This document shows, piece after piece, positions 18,969-31,166 of a stretch of 64,000 bases of DNA. Numbering within the stretch: the stretch's first letter is position 1; every line of letters begins with the position of its first letter. Source of the stretch: a virus (taxonomy: Duplodnaviria > Caudoviricetes). The notes under the pieces were generated by a model. The model saw only the letters and a program-made list of their open reading frames with translations, was not told where the DNA came from and did no database searches. The translations under genes and the position numbers were made by a program. The stretch lies in the IMG/VR virus record IMGVR_UViG_3300021431_000079, positions 64,001 through 128,000 of that record, one strand, 5' to 3'.

Positions 18969-19853
18969 ATGGGAAGTAGTTCATGGAGTACAAGAGACTT
19001 TGCCTCGTATAGTACATCAAAAGGATACACGGTAACAACAAGTACAACAAGTGGGTATACAAAATTATCACTTGATGGAATAAGTGATGCGAAACAGATG
19101 TATACCGCATATAAAGTTGATGCGGCACTAAATCCTCATAATGTTATGAGGGAATGTAGGGATTCTGAGGAACATCCAAATACATTACCTATTATACTGG
19201 CACTGGATGTGACAGGTTCAATGAGTGATTGTTTGATGGAAGTCGCATCGTCTCTGAATGAAATTATAAGCAAGTTACTGAGTGAAACTATTGCAGACGT
19301 AGAAATTTGTGTAATGGCAATTGGTGATCTCGCATATGATAAAGGAGCGATTCAGATCGGACAGTTTGAGTCTGATATTAGAATCGCAGAACAGCTTGAT
19401 AAGATATGGTTTGAACAGGGTGGCGGTGGAAATTCTTATGAATCATATACAGCGGCATGGTATATGGGAGCAAAACATACAGATTTAGATTGTTGGAAGC
19501 GTGGTAAAAAGGGCGTTATTATCACTTTTGGTGATGAAGAATTGAACCCATATTTACCAAAAGGCAAGCTTAATATATTAACTGGTGATACGCTTCAGTC
19601 AGACATTGAGACAAATGATCTGTATAATGAGGTATGTAAAAAATATGATGTATATCATATCTTTGTTGATCATAATTCCCACACACACCGTAGATGCGAA
19701 CAGGATTCTCAAACATTCAAAAAGGTGATTGGTGATGATCATGTTTTAATTAGTTCTGTTAATGAACTGTCTAATAACATTACTGAGATCATAAAAAGAA
19801 ATACAAATGATATTAACAGAGTGAATTATTATACTGGTGGAATTAGTTGGTGA
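18969..19853 (+). CDS. vWA-domain protein
   Basis: MIDAS LDVTGSM, GQFESD, GGGGNSYESY, ITFGDE. Confidence 0.8.
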   Translation: MGSSSWSTRDFASYSTSKGYTVTTSTTSGYTKLSLDGISDAKQMYTAYKVDAALNPHNVMRECRDSEEHPNTLPIILALDVTGSMSDCLMEVASSLNEIISKLLSETIADVEICVMAIGDLAYDKGAIQIGQFESDIRIAEQLDKIWFEQGGGGNSYESYTAAWYMGAKHTDLDCWKRGKKGVIITFGDEELNPYLPKGKLNILTGDTLQSDIETNDLYNEVCKKYDVYHIFVDHNSHTHRRCEQDSQTFKKVIGDDHVLISSVNELSNNITEIIKRNTNDINRVNYYTGGISW

Positions 19854-19857
19854 CGAA

Positions 19858-21009
19858 ATGAATAAAGAAATCAAAATTGTAATTGGAGCAAATGCAGGAG
19901 ATGAGGGCAAAGGACTGGCTGTTGATTACTTCGCTTCGAAGAAAAAAGATGGTGTTGTGATCATGTCTAATGGTGGTTCTCAGCGTGGACACACCGTAGA
20001 GCTTCCGAACAAAACTCGTCATGTCTTCCATCATTTTGGATCTGGAACATTCAGAGGATGGGATACTTATTTTTGGAAAGATTTTATCTTGAATCCAATG
20101 CAATTTTGCAAAGAATATGAAGAGATAAAGAAAATATACAATAAAGATTTTAAGGTATATTGTGATCCAACGTGTATGTGGTCTACGCCATATGATATGA
20201 TTTACAACCAGATCATGACGAGGCTATCTGGAAGATATGATACTTGTGGTATGGGAATATGGACAACCATTCAGAGATACAAATATTTTATGGATAACAA
20301 TATTCCCATACCATCTATCTTCGATAATCATACAAGGTCAGAGCTTGATACTATCAGAATGTATTATATAACACTGTTCAACCAAAACGTTAAAGATAGA
20401 GAATCGCTTAACCTTGTATTAGATTTGTGTGCGTTTTTTCTGGATAACGATTTGTTAGATCATTTTTTAGCTGATCTGATATTTATGAGCAATCATATGA
20501 AACTGTGTTCTCCCAGTAGTATGTCGAGTTATCAGAACATCATCATTGAGAATGGACAGGGTTTATTGATTGACACTGACCGTGATGTTCAATTTGGAAC
20601 TCCTTCACATACTGGATTGAACATACCAATGAAAATTGTAGACAGCTTGCCGAGTAATTATGATATTGAAGTGTGTTACGTGTCAAGATCATATCTTACG
20701 AGACACGGATATGGAGTTTTGCACGAAGAAGATTCTCGTGATAACATTATTAAAACTAAGGCGGTTGATCTTACAAATATATTTAATGATTTTCAGGGTG
20801 AATTGAGATATGGGAGACTCTTTCAGCACGACTTAATCAACAGAATATTGTCTGACATTAGCCTATATCCAAATAAGAAGTATGACAAATCAGTCATGAT
20901 AACCCATTTGAATGAAAATACAATGGATATTTTGCCGATCAAAAATTCATTTGATAGGCTATATTTGTCAGAAACAAGGTACTCAAAAGACATTTATGTT
21001 ATGAAATAA
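19858..21009 (+). CDS. Adenylosuccinate synthetase-like protein (divergent PurA family)
   Basis: GANAGDEGKG, NGGSQRGHT, ENGQGLL, YLTRHG, ELRYG. Confidence 0.85.
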   Translation: MNKEIKIVIGANAGDEGKGLAVDYFASKKKDGVVIMSNGGSQRGHTVELPNKTRHVFHHFGSGTFRGWDTYFWKDFILNPMQFCKEYEEIKKIYNKDFKVYCDPTCMWSTPYDMIYNQIMTRLSGRYDTCGMGIWTTIQRYKYFMDNNIPIPSIFDNHTRSELDTIRMYYITLFNQNVKDRESLNLVLDLCAFFLDNDLLDHFLADLIFMSNHMKLCSPSSMSSYQNIIIENGQGLLIDTDRDVQFGTPSHTGLNIPMKIVDSLPSNYDIEVCYVSRSYLTRHGYGVLHEEDSRDNIIKTKAVDLTNIFNDFQGELRYGRLFQHDLINRILSDISLYPNKKYDKSVMITHLNENTMDILPIKNSFDRLYLSETRYSKDIYVMK

Positions 21010-21023
21010 AGAGGTAGTATATT

Positions 21024-21494
21024 ATGAATATATATTTAGCCGCACCAATAGTAAATATACCAGAAGATTGGAAGGATAAAATCCAAGAGGTAAAGAACCA
21101 GTTAAGTAAAATTGAGGACTGTAATGTATATGACCCTCGTGAACACGGAGTTCCAAACGCATGGGGAATGAGTATGTCTGAGTGGAGTCATTGCATTTTT
21201 ACAATGGATGTGCTTGCACTTGATAATGCAGACTGGGTGGTTGTGTGTGACTTTGGAAGAGATTGTACTGCCGGAACAGCATGGGAAGCAGGTTACGCTT
21301 TTGGTAAAGGCAAGAAGGTTCTGATCGTGAGAATGTGTGATAACTCACAGCACTATTCTGTTATGATGAATGGATGTTGCGCTAACTATGTTAGCTATTC
21401 GTCCTTGATGCTTATTGAAAAAGGCAGTCTTTTTAAGACTTATTTTGTGGAGCGAGGAAGGGCGGCGGGAACAAATGATGTGATGTTTGATTAG
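21024..21494 (+). CDS. Nucleoside 2-deoxyribosyltransferase family protein
   Basis: IYLAAP, D...LDNADWVV, GTAWEAGYAFGKGK. Confidence 0.85.
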   Translation: MNIYLAAPIVNIPEDWKDKIQEVKNQLSKIEDCNVYDPREHGVPNAWGMSMSEWSHCIFTMDVLALDNADWVVVCDFGRDCTAGTAWEAGYAFGKGKKVLIVRMCDNSQHYSVMMNGCCANYVSYSSLMLIEKGSLFKTYFVERGRAAGTNDVMFD

Positions 21495-21502
21495 GAGAAA
21501 AC

Positions 21503-22078
21503 ATGGAAGACGTTAAAGATATCAAAAGTCCAGAAGAAACGATAGTTCTAATAGACATTGACAACACTATTGAAAATCTATCTTATTCATGGTGCAAATA
21601 CTTAAATAATAAATACAATTTTAATGTTGATTATACAACGGCAAAAGATTATAAGATAAGCTTTTTATATCCAACATTAACAAGTGATGAAATATATGAA
21701 CCGCTTGGACAAGAAGATTTTTGGAAGAATGTAAGACCATATGTAGATGCCGTTTATTATGTTAGATTGTTGCATGAATTTGGATATAAGATTTATCTAT
21801 GTACATCGTCATATATCAATCAGCTTGTTCCAAAATACAAGTATGTGATTGAACCATATTTTCCATATATATATCCACGAGACATAATTGTTTGCAACAA
21901 AAAGAGAATGATTAAAGCGGACTATTTGATAGATGATAACATTAACAATCTTATAGGCGGCGAGTATAAAAAGATTCTGCTGACGCAACCTTATAATGAG
22001 GATATCACTTTTGATGATATATACAGAGCAGATGATTGGGAAGAAATATATGATGTCATAGTGAACAATAAAATATAG
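21503..22078 (+). CDS. 5'(3')-deoxyribonucleotidase (NT5C, HAD)
   Basis: DIDNT, ADYLIDD, PYN motifs. Confidence 0.85.
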   Translation: MEDVKDIKSPEETIVLIDIDNTIENLSYSWCKYLNNKYNFNVDYTTAKDYKISFLYPTLTSDEIYEPLGQEDFWKNVRPYVDAVYYVRLLHEFGYKIYLCTSSYINQLVPKYKYVIEPYFPYIYPRDIIVCNKKRMIKADYLIDDNINNLIGGEYKKILLTQPYNEDITFDDIYRADDWEEIYDVIVNNKI

Positions 22079-22091
22079 GAGACAACACATT

Positions 22092-23072
22092 ATGAGAAAT
22101 CCAGATAGGCTTGATAGTTTTTATGATGAATTAAAAAATCTGCATAAAAATACATTTCCAGATTGGAGATTTGGACAACTGATGAGCAACTTCTTTGGAT
22201 GGCTATGGAGTAATAAAGGCATTGATTGTTTCTTTCCTGAAGAAAACAGGATGCTTGAATACCTGAAAGAATATGTAGATTATTGCAAGATGGGAGAATA
22301 ATAATGGGAAGTCAGAAGTTCATAAAGAAGCTTGAAGAGTTTAAGAAGAATATGAAAATTGGTGACAAATTCTGTTTGACTCAAGACGATATAGCATTTG
22401 AGCACGACTACGATCTTCCGCACACAATGACATTCTATGTTGTAAAGAAATATGAATACGTTGTGCTGTTAGAAAAGTCTTGCAAATATGGGATACATCG
22501 TCAGAGTATGAGCTATCTGAATTTATTTATGCTTACACACAGGAGCGAAAATATATGGTGATAAAAAGTAGCGAAGTAAAAACTTATTTTGATGAGGCGA
22601 TATGTGATTGTGGTGGGGAGTATCGGTATACTGGAATAGGCTATCCAGTATTTCCAGAAATGTATCAGCATATATGTAATAAGTGTGGTGATGTAGTGAC
22701 ATTTAGAAAAATATACCCTGATATAAGATACGAGTATGTTGACAAATCAACACAGGTTCACGAAGAAGAGAGTAATCTTAAAGATACAGATAAACAAACA
22801 TGAAGAAGCAAAAGTTTATATTGATTTGTGAAGTATGCGGTAAACAAATAATCTGTGACGATCCGAAAGATGTTTATGATCTTGGATGGGATTATCCACC
22901 TTTCATGGGGAAATACGGTGTATTGTCTCCACGAACGTGTAATAGTTGTACTATTGAGAAAACATTATGGTGGAAAATCACAGCAGAAGGAAGTGACTAC
23001 TTGAACAGTCACGATCTTGAAATACTAAAAAGAATTAAGGATGAGCCAAAAAGTTTATATTATAAAGAATAA
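22092..23072 (+). other. Run of four small hypothetical CDS (22092, 22283, about 22555, 22800), some with Cys pairs
   Basis: Abutting or overlapping ORFs. Confidence 0.6.
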
Positions 23073-23097
23073 GTGAAAAAATGAGATGAAAATGATA

Positions 23098-23126
23098 TTG
23101 ACAAAGTTTATCTGTGGTGTTATAAT
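23098..23126 (+). promoter_or_regulatory. Consensus sigma-A promoter
   Basis: TTGACA-17 bp-TATAAT with TG. Confidence 0.85.
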
Positions 23127-23176
23127 GATAATGTACTTGATAGACTTTGTTTTTATTTATATGAGGTATACATTAA

Positions 23177-23953
23177 ATGATCAACCATAATGAGTTAAAG
23201 ATCGGAGATATTGTTTATTTCGTTGATAGAGCCAGATATACATATGAATATGTAGTTAATGTTGGAGTTGTAGATGATATTTTTGTAGATGGTGTTATAT
23301 TATGTAGGCTGTGTACGAAAGAATGCAGATTGGTTAACGGAATAAAATACGATGATTTTGTAACTCCTACAAGATGGATGAAGCTTCCGAAGGGATGGAC
23401 ATACAATACACCATTATATAATCTTACATATGAAGATGATAATAATTATGAAGCGTTCTTAAAGATATATTCTATAAAGAATAAAGAAGATATATTGGAA
23501 GCATTGGATCTTGGATATCTTATTCGTGCAGATAAGAAAGATTATTCTTATATAGATGTTGAGATTGATAAGCAATTAGGATATAGATTGATTAGAAGAT
23601 ACTGTGCAAAAGAAGTCATAAATACAGGAACAACACGTATGTGCAATCAAATATATTCATCATATAAAGAAGCTGAGAAATGGATTGATGATTATGTGGA
23701 GGAATTAAAAAGACAGTCGAAGCTAACATATAAAGAATGGTCATTAGAACAGATACAGAGGACTGTTGATAGGTATTTGAATTTTACTTTTTCTGATGAA
23801 TCCGTCAGAGCTGAGAAAAGAGATAAACTGATGGAGTATTTTAAGGAATTAAAAAACGTGGAAGATATAGAAACAAGACTGTTTGATGGACAGATTGAGT
23901 GGAAGTATTGGAAGAATAAGAAGTGGAATAGCATTTCAAATAATATAGTGTAG
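23177..23953 (+). CDS. Hypothetical protein
   Basis: 258-aa ORF with GAGG RBS after the promoter. Confidence 0.7.
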   Translation: MINHNELKIGDIVYFVDRARYTYEYVVNVGVVDDIFVDGVILCRLCTKECRLVNGIKYDDFVTPTRWMKLPKGWTYNTPLYNLTYEDDNNYEAFLKIYSIKNKEDILEALDLGYLIRADKKDYSYIDVEIDKQLGYRLIRRYCAKEVINTGTTRMCNQIYSSYKEAEKWIDDYVEELKRQSKLTYKEWSLEQIQRTVDRYLNFTFSDESVRAEKRDKLMEYFKELKNVEDIETRLFDGQIEWKYWKNKKWNSISNNIV

Positions 23954-24190
23954 GGGCAGATGAAACAGTTTATAGATTCAAAAAATATGAGTAGACAAGA
24001 GTGTGAAGCTTGTGGAAGATTATATAACTTTAGCGATCTCAGATTGACAGCTACAGTTGATGGTGAGTTGTTACTTTGCAACAATTGCTATAATCAGATT
24101 TTGAGATCTGTGAAATATCAGAAGAAGAGTAGCGATGAACGAAAAGAATAGCTATGCTATAAATGTATATGTAAAAAGAAAGGATATATT

Positions 24191-24703
24191 ATGGGTAAGA
24201 AGTATGTGATTGAGTTGGAAGATGTGCCGTTTGTTGACGATTTGACTCTTCTAAATGAGAGGCTTTACCGGGTGAAAGGTTTTAAAAGTCTTGTGTTTGA
24301 CGAGAACGGATTGGAAAAACTCACGCCGATTGATGATGCACTCCGTGAAGCCGAAAGAAAAGGGCAGGACGAGGCATGGGAGTTTATACGATTGTCGGAT
24401 GAAGACCTCAAAGAAATATTTCCTGAAGCTTACAAAGAATACGGGCGTGATGGAATCTCATATAAGTCGTACTATGAAGCTAAGACAATGTATGACGAAT
24501 GGTTAGAGAACCAACCAGAAGAGGTTACTATTGGAGATGAAGTCAGCACACCGTGGAACAAGGGTGTTGTAATTTATATGGAGGATGATAAGGTCAAGGT
24601 ATTGAGTGCGGGTGGAGACACATTTTACATTAGAATGGAAGATGGTAAAAAAACAGGCCGTCACTTTTCAGATGTTGCTGATCTTTTGGAAAAGATTAAA
24701 TAA
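24191..24703 (+). CDS. Hypothetical phage protein
   Basis: ORF with RBS; C-terminal KTGRHF. Confidence 0.65.
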   Translation: MGKKYVIELEDVPFVDDLTLLNERLYRVKGFKSLVFDENGLEKLTPIDDALREAERKGQDEAWEFIRLSDEDLKEIFPEAYKEYGRDGISYKSYYEAKTMYDEWLENQPEEVTIGDEVSTPWNKGVVIYMEDDKVKVLSAGGDTFYIRMEDGKKTGRHFSDVADLLEKIK

Positions 24704-24714
24704 AGATATGAAAA

Positions 24715-25002
24715 ATGAAAAAGAAAATACTTGCTCTTCTATTATTTTTTATCGTTGCTGTAATGAGCGGCTGTTCGCAAAATGTCAGTAATGCAACAGT
24801 GGATGTATCGTCAGGGGTTACACCAAACTTACTATCAACAGGCGATATGTACGTTGGTGAACGATATTATTATTACGTCATAGACACAAATACTGGTGTT
24901 GTATATCTGGCGAATGCTGGTTACAATTGTAGTGGAATCTCAGTAATGCTTAATCGTGATGGTAGTCCTATAACGGCGGAACAGCTTGGAATTGAATATT
25001 AA
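24715..25002 (+). CDS. Putative lipoprotein (DUF6440-like)
   Basis: Signal peptide with MSGC lipobox; DTNTGVVYL...NRDGSP. Confidence 0.6.
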   Translation: MKKKILALLLFFIVAVMSGCSQNVSNATVDVSSGVTPNLLSTGDMYVGERYYYYVIDTNTGVVYLANAGYNCSGISVMLNRDGSPITAEQLGIEY

Positions 25003-25396
25003 GGAGAGATGATGGCTTTCTCTAAATTGGTATTAGCTATAATTATATCGGTATTCGTTTTTATGGGATTAGGTATCATGGATAATAGTGAGCTTGTTGG
25101 CATTGGTTTTTGTATATTGCTTTCAGGATTTATTGCGCATGATGAGAAATAAAAAAAACATTATAGAGGATAGATGATGGGTACACAATATAAAAGGTGG
25201 ATAGAGATATACCATTGGGATTTTGGCTACACAAAATGTCCTTATTGTGGTGACGAGACTGAATGGTATAATCCAATGAGACGAGGTTTCCAAATGGACA
25301 ATGACAACAATCGGAGAAAACATTGCCCTAAATGCGGTAACCGTGTATATGCAAGAGAGGGACTGCTTATAAATCAACCGCCAGAGGAGGTGAACG

Positions 25397-25639
25397 ATGG
25401 AGAAGCTTAAAAACTGCCCGTTTTGTGGAAATATACCAGAAATAAAAGTTAAAATAACGCAGTATGGCAGTGGCGAATCACGTATTGAACATATTGATTA
25501 TATTATCCGTTGTACAGAATGTGGAACAAGTAAAAACAGTACGATTAAAGGAAAAGGAGGATTTTCATTTTTTGATATAAACAGAATAAAAAATGAAGTT
25601 ATTGCGGCATGGAACAGGAGAGTAAAAGATGCTGATTGA
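25397..25639 (+). CDS. Lar-family restriction alleviation protein
   Basis: LKNCPFCG...CTECG...AAWNRR. Confidence 0.75.
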   Translation: MEKLKNCPFCGNIPEIKVKITQYGSGESRIEHIDYIIRCTECGTSKNSTIKGKGGFSFFDINRIKNEVIAAWNRRVKDAD

Positions 25640-26105
25640 AAGACGAAACAGAGAAGAGATAAAAGAACCACTTAAGGTAACGGGAATAACCTTGCTGTCG
25701 ATTAAGGAATACGAGACGGCAAAAGAATACGTCCCCTTGGTTAATGGTTGGTGGTGGTTGCGTTCGCCCGGCGACATTAGTGGTCGTGCCGCGTATGTTG
25801 AACACTATGGCCGCGTCAATACGTATGGTAATTATGTCGATAGTACGGATATTGCCGTTCGCCCCGCTTTATTAATCTTAAATCTCGACTCTTCTAATCT
25901 TAATCCGGGGGACAGAATCGTTGATTTTTGTGGATCTGATTGGACAGTGATATCCGACAACATGGTCTTATGCGACACAGAAGTAGGGACACATTGCTTT
26001 CGAGAAGACTGGGTGGCAGATGGCGCAAATGATTATAAAAAATCTGATGTGAAAAAATGGCTTGAGAACTGGGCGAGAGAAAGGGGGATCATTGATGTTG
26101 TGTAA
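25629..26105 (+). CDS. DUF6273-like protein
   Basis: WWWLRSPG...AVRPAL; NDYKKSDVKKWL. Confidence 0.6.
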   Translation: MLIERRNREEIKEPLKVTGITLLSIKEYETAKEYVPLVNGWWWLRSPGDISGRAAYVEHYGRVNTYGNYVDSTDIAVRPALLILNLDSSNLNPGDRIVDFCGSDWTVISDNMVLCDTEVGTHCFREDWVADGANDYKKSDVKKWLENWARERGIIDVV

Positions 26106-26782
26106 GGATTGTGAATATGGGGCAATCTACATTGATTTTTCGAAGGATAACCACTACGAAAATGGAAAGATTGGAGTATCTTGTGAAAAGTATCATCTTA
26201 TATGTGATACAACTCATCCAGAAACAAGACAGTGTATTGAAGAAGACTGTGATGTATTGTGGAGAACGGCAAGATGCAGACTTGATGGGAGTTATGATGA
26301 AACAAGAAAATATTAAAATCATTGAAATGACAATAATAGCTCTATCACTTTTTGTGGTTGGCTACTCTGTTAAATCAATTGAGATAAATAGCAGTGATAA
26401 GGTGTCTATATTTTTTATTATATACTACAGTGTTTTAGGTATATACTATTGGCTTAAGTTTGTATATTATATTAAGAGAGGCAAAATTTAATAGCATTAT
26501 CTTAATATGAACTAATTAAAAAGGTGTTGCAAATGGTTTATAAAATTCTTTTCCATTATGATAATACAGAGAAAACAAAGGCTTATATTGGACAGACTTT
26601 TACATATAAAAAGCAGAGATATGTTGGGCTTGATGATAACCTTCCAAAATATTATAGATCAAAAAGCGTTGCTGAAAGAACCGCACAGAATCTAATAAGC
26701 AATTGTGTAAATACTGGAAATACTTTTGAAGTGGTGGGAGTTTTGGATGAATATGATTACTGAGTCTATGGTAAATAATAAA

Positions 26783-29700
26783 ATGAATGGTCTAATCAGC
26801 AGACAGAAGGTACTAAATCTAATCCGAATGGTTATGACCGAAGAGACAGTAAGCAGTATGCTCTTATATCAATCTGTAAGTCAGATGGACTCTGAAGAAC
26901 CGAAACAAGGACACTGGATTGAGCATAAATGGGCAGAAGAAGTAGATGGAATGCTTATTTCGAATTACGAATGTTCCGAGTGCCATTATTGGGGGAGACA
27001 TGACAGCAACTTCTGCCCGAACTGCGGAGTAAAGATGGAGGTCGAAAATTTTTTTGAGGAGGTTGCCGAAGAATGAAGATTGAATTAAATGACGATTTTG
27101 AGACAATCCTGCTCTGTGCAGAAAGGTATGCATGTAGTCATGAGTCCTATATGCCATCATTAGTGATTAATTATATCACACCACTATTGCCTAACCTGTC
27201 CGACAGGGCGTTATCGGTGTTAGATGAGGACATGCGTGTGGTTGACGAAATTGATCGTAGATACAAATCTCTTGAGATTACTTTCGAAAATTGTCACGGA
27301 ATATGGGGCAATGATCATATTGACAAGCCCGAATGGATGCGTTTCTGGCGGGCAGTAAAAGCGGAAATTGGAAGGAGGAAGAATGGACGATCTAATCAGT
27401 AGACAGGCAACGATAGATGCAATGAATGAAGTCTATTGCCACATCGAAATGATTAAAAAGCGTCCTGTCAATAAAACAAAACAAGCCGTGTATCTTGATA
27501 TGATAGGAGTGGTGAAGTCAGTGCCATCCGCAGAGCCAGAAATCAAACCAATAGAATATCGTGACTGCGCAGATGCGATGCTGAAAATGTGGATGGATAA
27601 TGTGGTAACTGATGGGGAATATAACCGCATCATGGACAAGTTAAATGCACATTGGAGGATGGAGAATGGACGATCTGGTCAGTAGACGGGCGGCTATAGA
27701 TGCGGTTGAGAAAAGCAGGCGCTTAAACCATCATCAAGATGGGAAAGAAGCTTGCGCTCATGAATATGAACATAGACACTTCTTAAAAATTTTGATGGAT
27801 TTGCCATCAGCAGAACCAGAACCGCTAACCGATAAGGAAAAGAGAATATTTCTTGCCGCAATGGGAAGAGAGGAAAAAGTCTGCAAAGAGGTTGATGAAA
27901 ACTTGCCTCTTAAAGAGCCATATGAGGATAGTCTTGTGCAGGTATGTAGAGAAATCGTAAGAAAGGTAAAGGGTACGCTATGGACGAGTTGATCAGCCGT
28001 CAGGCGGTGATTGATACAGTGTATGATTGGAGCAATTACGCACCGACAGACGAAGAGGCAAGGAATATTAGACAGGTGATTAATGATATAAAAGCTCTGC
28101 CATCCGTACAGCCAGAAATCATACGGTGTAAGGATTGTAAATATCGAGACGAAAATTGGAGAAGGGTATCTGTTAGATGGTTGCCGTGCATGGATGTGCA
28201 AACTGGTAACAACTGGTATTGCGGAAGCGCAGAGAGAGGCGAACAGGATGAGTGATCTAATCAGCAGACAAGGTCTTTTAAATAAAATCTGCGATGGGTG
28301 CGGATATATAGGTTATTGCCATCCCGACAGGAAAAAGTGCATAGAGTATGAACGAGTAGAGAGTATGCCATCAGTAGAGCCAGAACAGCGGTGGATACCA
28401 GTGAGTGAGAGGTTGCCGGAAGATAGCCAATTCGTGTTAATGACAATACGAAGAATGGGTGAACGCTATAATCACGAACCCTTTATATCCATTGGCTATA
28501 TCTCGTGGAATCAATCAGTATGGTGGTGCGCTCATGACGGAGATTGCAAATTACACAATGTCAGAGTAGACGCGTGGATGCCGTTGCCCAAGCTATACGC
28601 AGAGAGGAGACAGGATGGATGATCTGATCAGTAGACAGGCGGCGATTGATGCTCTTGCTGAACATGAAAAATCGAATGGACACAACTATACCTTGTTTGT
28701 GGATATTGTAAGCGAGTGCGCTGAGATTATCAGAGATTTACCATCCGTACAGCCAGAGCGGGCGATAGGAAAGTGGATGGATACGGATAATTATTATCAA
28801 AGGTGGAAATGCTCGGTTTGTGGATGCCATACACGGGATGCGAAACCGCCTTATTGCTCGCATTGCGGTGCAAGGATGGAGAGTAAATAAAGGACGGTGG
28901 TTAAATAAATGACAAAAGAACAAGTAGTTTTTTGGTTGTTACTCTTACGATTTAATCCTGACAACAACGTCTTACCAAATGAAGTAATTGATATAGCAAT
29001 TGGAGCAATTGTCGCAGAGCCAGAGCGGAAGATGGGGAAGTGGATAACCGTTGACAAAGGCTTAATAGTGACATCATACAAATGCTCTGAATGCGGCAGA
29101 ACAGTAAGAGATGATACCGGGTATGATGTTGCTAAGGATTATCCGTACTGCCATTGTGGGGCAAAAATGGAAGGAATGAAGAATGAATAATTGCAAGCAT
29201 TGCATGGAAATCAAAGAAAACGAGATCGGTGAGACGGTTGCTTTCTGTGAGTTATCCGATGAATGGGAAAATGTTACTCTTGGAAGCTGTTTTGGAAACT
29301 GCGAAGGTCAGGAGTTTACTGCTGACTATATCGCACAGCGCTTGAATCAACTTTCCGACTGCGCCTACGACTGGCATATTGATAATAAAGTGGTGGGTAT
29401 TGATGTATGTGAGTTTGAACAGCTGATGGACGTGGCGGCTAAAATGATTCTCAGAAAGGATGAATGATGAATAATCTAATCAGCAGAAAAGCGGCGATTG
29501 ATCTGTGGGAGACATATCATCCAACAATTGCTGTTGATGCAATGGCATATGATAAAGCGTTAAGAGAGCTACCATCCGCACAGCCAGAACCTGCGATTCC
29601 GTTACAATGGATTGAAGCGCAGATTGAATGGCTGAAAAGTCTGGATAATGCCTTTGCGACATTAACGGCAGGACAAATTTCGGCGATGGTGAATAAATGG

Positions 29701-30426
29701 AAGGGTGAACAGGATGGATGATGTAGTCAGTAGACAGACGGCAATTGATGCGTTATGTGATGAATATTGTGGTGGGTGGCAAGATTGCAAGCACTATCCC
29801 AAATGTGAAAACTTGAAAGCAATTCAAAACCTGCCATCCGTACAGTCAACTTTATACGGATACAATATAGAACACCTTGAATTGATAGCGAGGGTTCTTC
29901 AGAAAGAAGATTTACCGCCAGAGAGAATAGTAGAAGTCTTAACAGATATTGGTAGAATTGTTGCTATTGTCAGAGATGAGTTTGAAGAAGTATTAAGAAA
30001 GGCGGTAGAGCAATGTATGACCTAATCAGCAAGCATGCGGCAATAAATGAACTCAAAGCAAACAGATTATTATATTGTGATGAAACACCGGAAAGCTTCT
30101 CAGAGTTATCGTATGAAGATAAATGTAGAGTCGATGAAATAGACAATGCAATTGCTACACTCTTGAATCTACCATCTGAAAAACCAGAGTATAAGCTTGA
30201 TGAGTGGTGTATGGATTGTAAAGAATATGATCATAAAAAGCACCGTTGTCCAAGATTCAATCGAGTGATCAGAAGAACCGTAGATGAATGTACCGCAAAT
30301 CAGTTTGTTAAAATTTTGGAGAGCCTTAAGGATGATGATTATGACACATATTGTCATACTGGACATAGTAGATTTTCAGAAAATGATTGGGATTGGGTTA
30401 TCGCCAGAGTGAAGGAGCTTAAATGA
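26783..30426 (+). repeat. Tandem array of about 10 paralogous modular small genes (MDDLISRQAAID...LPSxQPE family) with interspersed unrelated ORFs
   Basis: Shared N-terminal box at 26783, 27383, 27666, 27980, 28248, 28615, 29464, 29714, 30013 and shared CCATCnGyAsAGCCAGA linker box. Confidence 0.8.
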
Positions 30427-30758
30427 GTGAAATGATTGATAAACAAGAAACAAGTCAGAGTCATATAACAAAGAAAGAAGCATATAAATATGGCGATAAG
30501 TTTATTTTAGAGATTGGGGAAAGAAGAGCTGTTCTTGATGAATACAATATTGTAGGAACAGATCTTTATGTAAGAGAGTCTTTGCTCCAATATCTTACCC
30601 CATATAACCCACCAGTAAGTTGTAGAGATTGCAGACATAACGGCAGTTTTGATACAGATTGCCCGATCAAGTGGGAGGGTAAAGAATATTGCAGTTTTGG
30701 AGAGGAATAAATAAGAAATAAAAAGATTATTCTGGACACAAACAATGAGGAATAACAT

Positions 30759-31151
30759 ATGAAAATTATAATACTTATAAGTATGATATTTCTGCATATT
30801 GTAGACGATTTTTATTTACAAGGAATTCTTGCCAAGATGAAACAAAAGTCTTGGTGGGATGAAAATACATCCAATGAATTATATAAAAATGATTATATAA
30901 TTGCTCTTGTTGAACATGCCTTTAGTTGGACATTTATGATGATGTTACCAATTACAGCAGTTATGATATTTGGAAGTGGTATGCTTAGTATACATTGGGC
31001 TATCTGGTTATATGCGTTTATTTGCAATGTTATAATTCATGCAATTATAGATAATTTAAAGGCTAATATTCAATGCATCAATTTAATTACTGATCAAATG
31101 ATTCATCTTGCGCAGATAATATCAACGTGGGTGTATTTATGTATTTTATAA
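30759..31151 (+). CDS. DUF3307-like membrane protein
   Basis: HIVDDFYLQ, HAIIDNLK, DQMIH. Confidence 0.75.
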   Translation: MKIIILISMIFLHIVDDFYLQGILAKMKQKSWWDENTSNELYKNDYIIALVEHAFSWTFMMMLPITAVMIFGSGMLSIHWAIWLYAFICNVIIHAIIDNLKANIQCINLITDQMIHLAQIISTWVYLCIL

Positions 31152-31166
31152 AGAAGGAGAAGCAAA

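Noticed and set aside
19858-21009. PurZ / Z-genome pathway
   Set aside because: The motif is GDEGKG (Asp) rather than the PurZ Ser variant, and no DatZ/MazZ genes were recognised nearby.
25629-26105. DGR target gene
   Set aside because: No reverse transcriptase or TR/VR repeat pair seen in the window.
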